Assembly (NCBI RefSeq): GCF_000150275.1
Contig: NW_002060946.1
Span: 4,607,454 to 4,671,453, forward strand
Length of the DNA stretch: 64,000 nucleotides
Direction of reading: 5' to 3'
From: Trichoplax adhaerens
Taxonomy: Eukaryota; Animalia; Placozoa
The position numbers and the translations under genes are program-made. The notes under the pieces were generated by a model. The model did not search any database. It was not told the origin of the DNA and was given only the letters and a program-made list of their open reading frames with translations. Below, piece after piece: positions 1 to 13,332 of this stretch (position 1 is its first letter; each line of letters starts with the position of its first letter).

Positions 1-2
1 TT

Positions 3-2501
3 TTTAACACTAATTTGAGCTGTTGATGGATCAATTTGAAGTGTTGCATCAGTTGATGGATCAGGATCAACAAGAGAATAACGCAATACTGATGATTGTT
101 CTGATCTAGCTGGTATGGTAATAACAACTTGGCTAATGCCAGCATCATCAGGTAAATTAGCTTGATAATAACTTTGATCAAAATAAGGTGGATCACTTTT
201 ATCCGTAACTTGAATATCCACTTGGACACTCGTTGATCGACGAGGTGTACCATGATCAACAGCGCGTACGATGAGTAAGTAACTTGAACGTTGTTCATAA
301 TTTAAATTTTGAGCGGATAATAAACCTGTTTGTGAATGAATACTAAATAACCCATCGCTATTGCCACCAGTAATGGAATAGATAATGCGTGCATTGTCAC
401 CTTCATCATGATCAACAGCATGAATGCAAAGTAAGTTAGGATTATAGCCCATATTTTCCGGTACCTCTATGAAATAATTAGAGCTTGTAAATTCTGGCAT
501 GTTATCGTTAATATCGACAACACGAATAGTTAATAATGTCGATGTTTGAGCTGATGTAATCACTCTTAATTCATAATAAGATCGTAATTCACGATCTAAT
601 GGACGTAAGGTTCGAACTATACCATCATTGGCTGAGATACTGAAGGTAGGTGGATTTGTTATTGTACTTGGATCAAGGCTATAAGTTACGATAGCATTAG
701 ATGGACTATCAATATCAATAGCACGAACAACAGTGACAAATGAATTAGGAGGTAACGATTCTGGCAAGGATGTATTATAAACAACTTGTTCAAATTGTGG
801 TGTATTATCGTCGACATCAACAATTTGAACAATTGTACGACATATTGTTGAACGACTTGGTGTACCACCATCTCGAGCTTGTATAGTTAGCCAATATTGA
901 GTAGTAAATTCATAATCTAATATGCGTGTTGTCCTCACAATTCCTGTATTCGATTCAATGGTAAAATAGCCAAAATAGGGAGTAGCTGATAGAATGGAAT
1001 AGGTAATTTGTCCATCTTCATTATTGTCTTGATCTCGTGCAGTCACTTTTAACACTGATGTATCGAGTGCTGTATCTTCTTTAATGACCGCTGAATAAAT
1101 AGGCTGAGTAAATTGTGGTTGATTTTTATTTAAATTTTGATGATAGACTTGGATATTGACATCAGCAATACTAGCGCGTCGTGGTAGAAGTCTATCTCGA
1201 GCTTGGACTTGAAAGGTATAACGGCGAACTTGCAATTCACCAACTAATCGAATGGCACCTGTATTGCGATCGATTGTCCATATATTCGATTGGCTACCAG
1301 CGGCAATCATGCTGTAGATTAATCGATCATTACTGGATCCAGCATAAGAGTCGAACGCACGCGCTACTAAAATAACAGAATGAGGAGGTAAATCGACATC
1401 AAGATTAGAATAATAAGTAGATTGAGTAAATTGTGGAGGTTTGGATTCATCGATGGTGTTATTTCCACTACTTGTTAAGGTCGATGGATAATTAGTCACA
1501 TCATTAATATGGATTATAACTTGAGTTGGTATCGCTTTAAAGGATGGTTGGCCACGATCGACTGCATTAATTCTAAATTGATAGCGTCGACGACGTTGAT
1601 AATTTAATGGTGTTAATAAAGTAATTGCTCCAGTGCGATAATCAAGCATGAAATCATTTAATGGCAGTTCTGGATAGTAATAGATTTGCCCATTATAATC
1701 ATCATCGTTATCATAAGCTGTTACACTGCCAATCGATGACATAACGGGTATATTTTCATCAACGTGAAAGGTATAATTTTGCGATGTAAACGTTGGTCTC
1801 ATATCGTTAATGTCCAGAACGACAAGATGGACGATAGCTGTAGCAGAACGTGGTGGTTTACCAGTATCCTGAGCACGAATGGTTAATTGATAAGTAGATT
1901 GCTCTTCACGGTTTAATACTGCCCGTGTCGTTAGTGTTAAGAATGCAATCCCATGGATGCGATTAACTCTTGCAGCAAAATGATTCTGATCATCGCCTTG
2001 GATGATTTTATAATTATCGATACTGGTATCGTTGTCGGTTGCATAAGCGTTAATCAAACCTTTCACCATGGTCGATATGGGTTGATTTTCTGTAATATAA
2101 CCTTCATATTGATTTTGCGAGAATACTGGTTTATGATCATTGCTATCAGTGATTACGATCGTTAACGGTGTTGCAGTACCGCCGCTTGTTTGGCTAATAC
2201 GACGCAATAAGACAACAAGGTTAAATTGGCGTTGATTAAATTGTTGTTGTCGATTTAAATTTTTCTTAACCCTTAATTGACCTGCTGCTGATAATTCAAA
2301 TAATTTAAGTGCTTCAACAGCGGATGGTTCTTGGTATATGCTATATAATTCGCCATTAGATGGCAATGGCATAGTATAAATACTGTAGCCGACATTGGCA
2401 TCTTCGGGTACACGAACTGTAATTCCATAGCTTGAATGCGTTAATATCATCAAGTAGCAGATTACTAGCAATAAATAAGTGATCAAGTGATGAGAACCCA
2501 T
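3..2501 (-). CDS. Cadherin-repeat cell-surface protein (large classical/Fat-like cadherin), 5' part only; one uninterrupted exon of at least 833 codons running off the left edge
   Basis: Manual translation from the ATG at 2501 gives a signal-peptide-like start (MGSHHLITYLLLVICYLMILTHSSYG). Repeated cadherin Ca-binding motifs follow: DSNDHKPVF, ATDND, LNREE, LDINDMRPTF, AYDNDD, ARDQD, LDYE, DVDDNTPQF, LDRE, DINDNMPEF, AVDHDEG, LNYE. No stop occurs in the window, which is probably why it is missing from the ORF track. Confidence 0.93.
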   Translation of the reverse strand, partial: MGSHHLITYLLLVICYLMILTHSSYGITVRVPEDANVGYSIYTMPLPSNGELYSIYQEPSAVEALKLFELSAAGQLRVKKNLNRQQQFNQRQFNLVVLLRRISQTSGGTATPLTIVITDSNDHKPVFSQNQYEGYITENQPISTMVKGLINAYATDNDTSIDNYKIIQGDDQNHFAARVNRIHGIAFLTLTTRAVLNREEQSTYQLTIRAQDTGKPPRSATAIVHLVVLDINDMRPTFTSQNYTFHVDENIPVMSSIGSVTAYDNDDDYNGQIYYYPELPLNDFMLDYRTGAITLLTPLNYQRRRRYQFRINAVDRGQPSFKAIPTQVIIHINDVTNYPSTLTSSGNNTIDESKPPQFTQSTYYSNLDVDLPPHSVILVARAFDSYAGSSNDRLIYSMIAAGSQSNIWTIDRNTGAIRLVGELQVRRYTFQVQARDRLLPRRASIADVNIQVYHQNLNKNQPQFTQPIYSAVIKEDTALDTSVLKVTARDQDNNEDGQITYSILSATPYFGYFTIESNTGIVRTTRILDYEFTTQYWLTIQARDGGTPSRSTICRTIVQIVDVDDNTPQFEQVVYNTSLPESLPPNSFVTVVRAIDIDSPSNAIVTYSLDPSTITNPPTFSISANDGIVRTLRPLDRELRSYYELRVITSAQTSTLLTIRVVDINDNMPEFTSSNYFIEVPENMGYNPNLLCIHAVDHDEGDNARIIYSITGGNSDGLFSIHSQTGLLSAQNLNYEQRSSYLLIVRAVDHGTPRRSTSVQVDIQVTDKSDPPYFDQSYYQANLPDDAGISQVVITIPARSEQSSVLRYSLVDPDPSTDATLQIDPSTAQISVK

Positions 2502-5500
2502 GGCTTGCAAAGATATGCTATTCTTTTAATAAATAAATAGAAACCAAAGTGAGCCCTATTTAATGTAGATGAAAGTGCAAGATTATTAGTTGAATAGACT
2601 ATTTATAAAAGGTACAATTTAATTTCCACTGTTTGTCACTCGTAATCAGATATTTTAGTGAGCCATTTACAAAATCAGAATTGAACTTCAACAGCAATCT
2701 TTGAAGGCTTAATTTATTATTATCTGATCGGGTAAAATCAAAAGCGCTATTAAGTTCGTATTTAGGATTTTATGTCTGAGTCAAGCCTACTATCGCCAGA
2801 TTTCTTTTGGAAGTCAGGAATATTATTTTATCATTTATAAAATCAAAATTTAACTGTGATTACCATTAATAATCGCTCATCTATGATTTAAATATACTGT
2901 ACAGCGTACAGTATATTAATCACCCTAAAAATAATAATCACCGATACAATCATTAGAATTAAATGAAATCAATCACTGCAGAATAAATGACCCCTATTGT
3001 CGCTGCGGTTGATACTTATTCTATATATCGTAACTCTTTGCAGTGCACAAACTTCTTAAAGAACAGATTGGATAGCCGTCAAAGTTTTTAGTGATACTTC
3101 GATTGATATTAATACTACATTTCGGAACTTTTTCGAGTTCATAAAGTTCTGAAGGAATGGATTGGATAGCCGTCATGGCATTTCGTGATATCACTGTCCT
3201 CTTTTTCTGCCATTATAAAAGTATAATTTTATCTGACGAAAAACTACTAATCCTTCTTTTTCCATTCCATCATATGAAAAGATGAAAAGATGATTATGTT
3301 TCAGTAACCGTAAATTATGTTGAAATATTGCTCAATTCGTAATAAACTTAACTAGAGCTAAAGATTTGCCGCCGTAATCTTATTAAGACATTAAATTTAT
3401 CATCTGATGATTATTTTTTTATTATTTAGTTAGAATACATGAAAAGCGATAAACTATTTTATTACGGTGATCAAATCGCCATACTTTGCAATCTGTTATA
3501 TCGCTGTTAAGGCGAAAAGGGGGCGCGGCTCTATTTTCGTCGATAGAGTTATGCTCAAGCAAGAAAAGTGCTGATGGATTCATATCTTATGTATTTATTC
3601 GTGAAGAAAAAAGATCAGCAGATTATATCTCAATATTACTCTTTGCTACAGTACAATATACTGTATTACAGTTATAGTAAAATAAACTAATTTCCTATCG
3701 TCGATTTTAAATGATTATAAGAATTTCTATTTAGCTTCTATACTGGCTTATATTAGTTAATGTTTAAATCAATAACTAATGATTAATCTACAACCCATCT
3801 GTTATATTAAATTACTTAGATTTCCAAGTGATAAAATAAATGAAATTATCGACTGATTTACTGAGACGATCTTTTGCTCTATCTAGCCTTCAGGACATAA
3901 TGTCGAAGTTAGGTGACTATACCCTTGTTTTGGCTATCAATTTTAATACTCCATGGAGTATACAATAATCTCTTTCTTCTGTATGAATATTATGTCAGGA
4001 GAGAACTCAACTTTAATTGCAGATCACTACGGCTTAGTAAAATTATAAGTTCCTTTAAATATGGTACGAAAGATTTACTTTTTTAAAATATGACGAGTCA
4101 TGAATAATCATGCTATTAACTTAATGCCTTAAAAATCAGGTTGGATATTAATTGTGAGCTGAAAGATAGTTTGCCAGCATAAATTGAAGTCATCAAAACG
4201 TCAAGAAAGATAGGCACTTTTAAGTAGTGATAATTGATTCCGATATGTTATACGCGTATAGGCTAACGACTAATAGTGTTAAGAAAATAGAGCCAGGAGT
4301 TACTTTAAAAGTCTGAACTGTAAAGGCTTTGACTATTTTAATTAAAACATAGAAAGGCAATCGGATCGCGTTCATCATCAACATGGCTATTCCTTATCGT
4401 TTGATTAGCAATTAGCCTTCTATTACTCATAATGACGTAACTTATTCAAAACAAATAGTGAATTACCTTGGAAAACTGAAATTCTTAAAGCAATAATCAT
4501 TTCAAATACAACGCAAAATAGCAGATTAGATAACTCTCATCAAGATCGCTATCCATCATTGTAAATTCTTTTACTTCTATGAAATAAAAGCAATCAGCGG
4601 CGATGATTTATCCGCCATTCTATGTTGACTAGAGTTATGAGAGTTTCATTACTCTCGTTATCATAATGTTGACTGTTAAATAATATTATGATCGTCGATT
4701 ATATTGAACTCGACTTTCAATAACAATAAATAACATGTTGAAAAATTGATCAATTTATAATTTTCAATGATTGATATTTAGATAAAAGTAGTTAGATATT
4801 GGTAAATTACCGATAAAGTTTGATTATCTTATTCAATTTAGCTAGAAGGGTGTTTCCTATTGTCATCATCATAATACTGTACAATAAGTTGATCTCTTAT
4901 CTAATCATATTTAACCGATAGAACAGATTTCACTAATCGACAATTTATTTCTTATGGATATGGTGAGATATCTGGTAGTCTATAAGGAAAAGATTAATCA
5001 TCGTTCAATACAGATCTGGTTGTTTTCTCCATGATACAGTATATGACGATAGAGAACAGATCAAGTATTCACTGCTCAATTATGACTATAATAAATAAGC
5101 TAGCTAGTATTGAAGTCATAAATAGGAAGGAGTGGGTATGAATTGTATAATGGATTACTTAATCCATAGGATTTAAAGTTAAATTAGAATAAGCCTATTT
5201 TGATAAAGAGGATCCAATCTGGCTTAGTATTAGCACTTAAATTCTGAAAGATCTTTTTTTCATCATGCTAATGAACGATAGACGTATGATCTTACTGACT
5301 AGACTGATTAGCAACACAATAATTCAGTCTGTCTTTTGAAGGTCAAACAAAAACCTGCTTTCTCATTTTCATCAATAAATGCTTAGACACGTATGTTGCT
5401 TTAATTACTGCCCTATCTAAGCTAAATCATAGATGGGTTAAAAGCTAACCGTGCCATATTGACCCTATGGCAATTATATAGAATTGGAGATTGGAGAGAA

Positions 5501-8500
5501 AGGCTGTTTTGTCGATTTTTTTAACATTCTATACGATAATACATCTTGAAGGTCACATAAATTGGTCGTTTTTTATTAGTCGAATGTACGTTACCGGCAC
5601 TGCTCTATCCTATATAGAATATCTAGAGTACGAAATTAATACAAAAGCTAATACAAATAGAAGTTGATCTATTCGTTCTTGATAACTTCTGTCAAGACTG
5701 GAAAGAGTATCTTATCCATCTATTGAATATAATCAATTACTGTAATCCTCATGACACAACTAGTAACCTTAACTTTATGATTATGACAGCCATATTTCAC
5801 ATGAAGAAGTTATAAAAAAGGAAAGCTTAACCGATCGTGCGGAATGACATCAAATTAAACATGGCATATTAAAAATCGATCATTTTTTCTAATTATCCTA
5901 CTGAGAAATGATTACCTTGAGATAAGAGATAACAAGGCAACTTGATTGGTAAAGAATGTCTTGATAGAGACCACGCTGGTTATGGTCGACTATAAATCTT
6001 ACCACAACGGTAATTCAAACTAGTTTCACCTGCTAGTCTCCTTTCTTTAATGGAGCACTTGAATAGTTGTACTACCTGACATCCGGGAAGGGGTAAAGGC
6101 AAGGAAATTAGATGAAAGTATTGGAAAAATGAATTCCAAGAATATTATAAAAATGACTGGAATGATTTAGTTTGGCAAGGAGGTGGATATAAAATTAAAT
6201 TTTCTTCTCTACTTGAGTTACAGTAGTAATAACTCACGTTGATCTCCAATTGAATTGAAAAAGTAAATTGTATTAATGTTGATGATGACACAGACTGGCA
6301 TCGATGATGACAAAGTAACTTGAATTATGTTGACTAAAAGCTGTTTCATACCATAGCCAGTTCTAGACTGGAGGTGAAAACATATTCTAGCGTTAACATG
6401 CCTTAAATTAATTGGTTATCGACTTAATTGTATTGAATTAGCTTGTCAATCAAGATACAATAGGGCAGATGGTAGAAACGTATTAAAAGAATGTGTACTC
6501 CAAAGTAGAGTTATAATTGGCTAATATTGTTGAGATGGATTGTTTTGACAATACATGATAATCATCTGTCATCGAGATCAATCATAATTGTCATCAATTT
6601 GATGAGTGCTTTATAAAATGCAGAGATTGATTAAAAATTTTTTATTGTTTTTCCATAACTATAATTCTACTTGTTTTGCTATCTGTTGATGGTATTAAAG
6701 TTTTAATCATATCTATAGAACACATTGATTATTGTCAAAAAATCATGATGATGATTATCGTTTGGATGATGATAGAAGATAATTAGCTCTAGCTTGCTTT
6801 GGAATTCATGCCAGGCTTTAATTCTCATTTGAATAAGCTATAAGACATCATATTATCATTCTTTATTAGATGATTATTCCAAGACCACCATCTGACTCAG
6901 ATCCGTGTGATTATATCATCTTTTAATTTCAATATCGAATTGTAGTAATAGATGGCTCGAAAATTACTTTCGATGATTAATAACGGTATTGAAAGATATA
7001 TGTGATGTCAGTGTATCAAATTAAGTAAAATCGATAGGGTTATCTCTTACTTTTGACAGCTACTGATGTTTTCAACCATGTATGTAAAAAAGAAGGAAAC
7101 TACAATATTCATTTGCCTACCTTTTAATGACAATTAAGCTTTTGTAGATAATTAATCCAATTGATTTATATTATATGATTACATCATATTTCGACGTCAT
7201 CCGAATATAATAACATCAATATGGTTATGAAATAGATAGTAAACCTCTATTACTCGTACTGTTTAGACCACTTCTTCATGTTACTGCATTTTGCAACGAT
7301 ACCGCAGTCATAGGTGTTTCACTTATTTTAAGTATAAAAAGTGTTAAGATATTTATTTTATTATCGGTTTAATTAATTAGTTAATATTTCATGATTATCT
7401 AGCATTTTGGGGATGACCATTATTACAGTACCGTAACGTTATTCTTCTTCCTAACCTAAAATTAATATATGCTATTAGAGGCTCAGATATCATGAATATC
7501 ATTTTGAATCTAAAACGTAATCCTCAGGTTTAGCCTGGCAAAAAAGGATCAAGAAAACTATAGCTGGAGAGGTTATGTCCAGTACCCATATAGTCATAAT
7601 GACATATGATGGTGATATTCACCTTACAGACATATACATCAAACTGTGCGTTACAAAATCGTATAAGCTGGAAAATTAATTATAGATTAAATGATAGTTT
7701 TAAAAATAGGATGAAACGACGAGCGTTCATTAATTAGATTATAGAAATACGAGATTAATTCTTGGCTTTTCATGTTAATATATCTAAGGGAAAAGAGGCT
7801 GAGAGCAATGTTTCTATTTGCTATGAAACGAATAGGTAATGTAGCTATCACATGCATTTCGGTGATATATTGATCAGTTTTGCTGCAGGTGCTTGAAATG
7901 GCTCGACAAATAATCCGCTCGTATCAATAATTTCAAGCCTATCTTGGCGTTTATTTGAATTACAATGCTCAATTTAACGTTCCTGGTGTTGTTTCTTCAA
8001 TTAATTAATATTAAAGATAATACAATAGCCATCATTTTAAGACAGGGCCGTCCTTTTGATTACGCACTCCACAATGAATAAACGACATCAAGCTCAATAG
8101 GATGAATAGAATAAGAAGGTCAAGATCATACTGGACTAGTTTTAGAACAATAAATCTAGGGGAAAGACTATGAAAGATGACTTTAACCTTTTTAACTATT
8201 TCATTCAAATTAGATTATAATAATAGTTCATAGTAATTGCGCAATGGCTTAAAGGTTAGGTTTAGATCATGTATTAACGGGATGTAATTAAGAATGACAT
8301 GTAATCTGTTTCGGGACAGTACTAGTAGATAGATTATAAAATATAAGATAAACTGGTCTAGATAAGATTAAGGTATAACCTTGTACAGTTTTTGACTCAT
8401 TTGCTCCTTTCCTGTATTTACAACTGAATAGTAAAACACGCTCAATTCTCTACGTTTATTTTATCTCCTCAGTTACGTTTAGTCTATTGTTGATAATGAT

Positions 8501-11500
8501 AATTGTATAGCTTGTATTATTGATAACGATAATTTATATCACCATTGACTGTGATTTAAGCAATTTATTAATCGTCAATGATGACTATTTAAATGAGATA
8601 GGGATCGATCTACATTAACTGAATTAATCATTAATCTTATTGACCTACATTTTCTTTAAATCTTCTTAATCGTATGTATTGCCTGTTTAAACGAGGTGTG
8701 ATGTTATCTATATGAATATATTTGACCACTAATCTTATTAGCTTTAGCTTCAACGTAAGACAATATCCTAAATCATTTGAAAGTTTACAATAAAATCAGC
8801 ATTGTAGCATATCTAGCGATTGATCAGTTGTACAGTATAGTATATGTGCAATATAAATAATATTGCTTTCCTGAGTCGGCTTTCTATCGTTGATTAATAA
8901 TTCTATTACATGACAACTTAGGATAAGTAAAAGCCCTCTATTGTCTATTTAATGAATAAGCGATAACTGCTAGTGATTGTTCAATTAGTCTCTTGTTTAA
9001 TGGCTTGATTAATCTTATATTCAAGAGGATTCGAATGACTTAATTCTCAATAAATACAATAATCGACAGGAAAATAACTAACAACAGTCAACATAATGCA
9101 TAACTGCTAGTCAAGGAGCCGACTATATTTATAATCGATCGTATGAAGGGGTAATTTATCAATCATGATGACCGCGTTTATATTTAGGGTATGGTAACAA
9201 GTTGAACAAACGAATTCGGATAATTATTACCCAATCATACACCGTTGATCACCAAAATTTGTTTTCAATAGTATTTTAATTGAGTTGAAATCATATAATA
9301 ATACCTTGCCATCTTATTTTTATTTTCTTTAGCATCAGTCTGTAATGTGGTGAAAACATGTTGATTAATTTTAATCTCGGTAACAATCATGTTGTGTTAG
9401 CTAACATCAATAGAGGCAATTGTCACTGTTGTTTTTGATTTAAATAAAGCAGGAGAATTCAATATTTTCTGCGTCTTGCTGAGATTGTTTACGGTTATTA
9501 CTGCTAACAGAGTATTGGTCTTATAAAACGAAAATCACTGAGTATATGGTACGATCAGATGATTTGGTATCCGAATAAAAATTAAATTGCTTACATCTGA
9601 AAGCGATTGAACATCTACTTTTTTACATTAACTTAAATCAATGTTGTAACTTTAGCGATTTATAGAATAGCTCATAAATTTTGATGAATCAATTGATCAT
9701 CAAGGCTGTCTCGTCTCGTACATCATAATCGTTAGACAATGGCGTTTTCATCATTCATGATTAATTGTACTTAGCAGACAAGGGTTGAGCTACTTTCATT
9801 CGCCTTCTCTTTGATGTAACACTTGTAATGTATTAAACGAATTTTAAAAATAAAATAATGAGAAGATAGAAGAGTAATAATATAAAAAGTAGGTGAGAAA
9901 AATAGCCAAATCACCGCAATTTTGTTAGCGTATATATTTCCTATGGTAGTTTAAGACAGATGTAGGTTGTGTATAGCACTTTCACTCATGGATTATCTTA
10001 ATTTAATAGTAAGTAAATGGAATAAATTAATTAGTTACCTTTAGGATAATTTATTGGAAATCCAACTAGAAAGGATCCGTTATTGCAACTGCAGTTTCAA
10101 ATAATTCGATTGAATTTGTTCTTCCTTCCGGCAATATTATGACATGACTGTTCATGTATTATTATTTTGTCACTTGCCGTAGGGTACAGAAAGAAGTAAT
10201 CGTTTGGAGTCCTATTGATTAAATCCCTCAGATTATCTATTATATTGTTAATCCAGTCGATGACTGCTATTGAAGAAAATTATGTTTCCACAACAACCGA
10301 CGAGAAAACGTGCCTAATGCTATTAGGATTAATATTGAATTGTTTATTGTCACTAGCGCTGTTTGAATATTTTTAAAATTGATTTCAGGCAGTCGTTAAC
10401 TCGCGTGGTTGGAAAAGGAGCTGTCAAAACTTGATATGATTGATAGTTTGAAATTTTCTATTTCTTGTTATCAAGTCTGCTAGGATGATAATAAAAATAA
10501 GAAAAATCCTATTATTTTTGCCTATTTGATGATTTTTAATTTTGAATAATAACACAATTAATAGTAAACATAAATTATTAATATTAATCTTTTAAAATAT
10601 TCAAAAAAGTTAACGTTTACTCGAGTTTAAATTCTTGCGCGCTAATATGAATAATAATAATTTGTCTAGAGAAATTTTAATTTATTATTTACGGAAGTGA
10701 TTTTTATATACTGTACTGTAAATTATTTAGTTAAAGGTGTATTTTTGTATGAGTTAGTCCTAATGAAGTCTTATTGCTATCTCCAGCTTGTTTAGTGTTA
10801 ATCTATTTTTTTAGCGGGATTAGTTCTACAGGCAATACTAACGTGCCTATTACATCATAGTGAAGCGATTACAATGTCTGCTAGTATAGCATTGTATCTT
10901 ATTCAATATGACTAAATAGGAAGTGATTCAACTTGCCACTTACAGATGTTAACAATTCATGTATACCGTACGATTAATAGTAGAGATGAGCTACAATACT
11001 TTCTATCATAGTTTTACATCCTGAAGAATATTATCAAAATCATGATACTATATGGCGTTGTTATATCCGAATGGTAGCATATAATTAACTCACGAATGTA
11101 GACAGAAATGATATAAGCGTATTGCGTAATATTGGAAATAATTATTATATCCCGCTGTATTTTGCCGAATATAATTAGGGTTACAATTATACGACAGTTT
11201 TACCCACTGATATGGTACGATTAAACTCGTCATTTTAAACAAAAATTATATACGCATGGAATGATCATACAAATAAATGCGCCTACTGTTACTATGGCAT
11301 TGTATCTTTCAGAACGGTATAAGAATTAGTCTTTCTAAACCTAAATGTGCTATCGGCCTGCATACACATATGAATATTCCGTAAATAAGTTATGCACTCG
11401 TATTACTGTAATAGCTATAAGTTACAACCTGCAGTAGCAGTGAGTTCTACCGAAAAGACCGCATGTTCTATAAATTTATTCTTAAAGGCAAAAATAATAT

Positions 11501-12780
11501 GGACAAAATTTATTGGTTATTTAACATATATTACTATAAATTAACTATCTAATCCAATATATCGTATAAGCTATAGATATGTGGAATTCATAAACCTACT
11601 ATAATGTTTGTTTTAGAATGTATTCAGTCGAACATGCTACAATAATATGATAATTGTAGTTTTGACGAATATATATGATATAAACATAGGCAGTTGAATC
11701 GTAAATTATTATGTAGACATTAACGATGTGGTTCTATAAACTCCGAAAGTCTATTACATTCGGTCTGCTATTTCATTTTCTCTTTCAAATTTTAACCGGC
11801 ATTTGAACGTACTGAACTATTTAGGTCGACCATGCGTTATAATATAACTTATCTCAGCTAAATGTATTTATTTTGTTATCACTGATACAATTTAATAGTT
11901 CCTAAATGTGCTATACGCGTAGGTATGTACATCAATCATTGTTAGATTTACTGAAACAAGTCAATTAATACCTTTATAATAAACATTATGGATATGTATA
12001 ATATATGAAAGAATGATGAATCTAAATTTAAATAACATACTATGGAAATGGACCGGTGACACGGTACATGAGTCATCTTTTCACTGACGATAGTACTAAT
12101 TCGATTATGAGAAATATAAAGTATTTATAGCGCTTGCCTAGATTATCATTCTCTAGGGCTATTTTAATCAAAAAAATTATCGATTGCAGTTCTGGTATAT
12201 ACTGTAGTTATGGGCCTGGCGCATGATAGATACTTTACCTATCGATTCTCATGTACAACTTAATCGCCAGCTATTGTAGTGTTTGTGTTGCATTAAATTT
12301 GACGTGTTCGGAAGATATATTGCGATTTGTTGTATATTTGCGGCACTCAGGAAGTTATCAATTCTTGATTACAATTTACAGATCTATTCGTGCTTTATAA
12401 TATTCATAATTAGGTATCGTTAGTTTATGTGATACCCTTATTCTTATATAATGATAGATACATTAGAAAAATTATCAGCTGTCAGCACTACTGATTTATT
12501 GTGGCATTTATTTTGATCGTAAGTCTTAGAATTTGGTTATTCATGATTTCATGAAACATGCACACAATTGTCTTGGTTGTGATTGAACGCTCTGCAAATG
12601 TAATTGCCTTAACTATGTTTTCATAAGGGAGACACGTACGTTTGCGGTTGCAATTTAAGCTGAATCAAGAAAATTTGAATTTTATTAAAATATCAAGAAA
12701 AATTACTATTGTGTATAGTAAAATCCGCCAATCTTGAGGTTCAGATGACGACAGTCCTAAAAGTGAGTCTTACTATTTGC

Positions 12781-12849
12781 GCGAGTGTTAGTATTATATT
12801 AGGCGAATAATTAGTTCGTGAAGGGGGTTCGCCTATAATAGGCACTCGT
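12781..12849. mobile_element. Short foldback (MITE-like) element
   Basis: Imperfect inverted repeat GCGAGTGTTAGTATTATATTAGGCGAA ... TTCGCCTATAATAGGCACTCGT around a ~20-bp spacer. No target-site duplication identified. Confidence 0.45.
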
Positions 12850-13332
12850 ATTTCGTATAACTACTACAAAATGAAGACACAATATTCATTCTACTATGTA
12901 GATCTGCAGAAATAACATTCGATCCATGTTACGAAAGTAACCGAGCAATTCCGTATGCATATAATAAATAGATACGAGCAATTTAATGATAAAACATATC
13001 CAATTAAGAAGTAAATTTTATTTTTACAGCAATCAGTAGCCTGAGTGATTATAGATATGTATGAGCAAATTTGATAATTGAGTTTATACACAATTTTGAA
13101 CTCAGATAAGAACCAATACATTTCTCTAAAAAATCTTACATTAATATTCAATATAAATTTAGGTTAATATAGCATTGGCAGGATGATTTAATCAATCCAT
13201 TATTAATATTTGTTCATTAGATGTAGACTTTGCTGCTTAATTTATAAAAATTAAAAAATTTAGTTACAGATGTGGTGTTATCTTCAACCAGTTTTTAAAG
13301 AAAAGTCAGAATATGAATAAGTTTAAGAGAAA

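Noticed and set aside
686-2165. Short ORFs at 686-871, 1181-1375 and 1953-2165
   Set aside because: Alternative or antisense frames of the cadherin exon.
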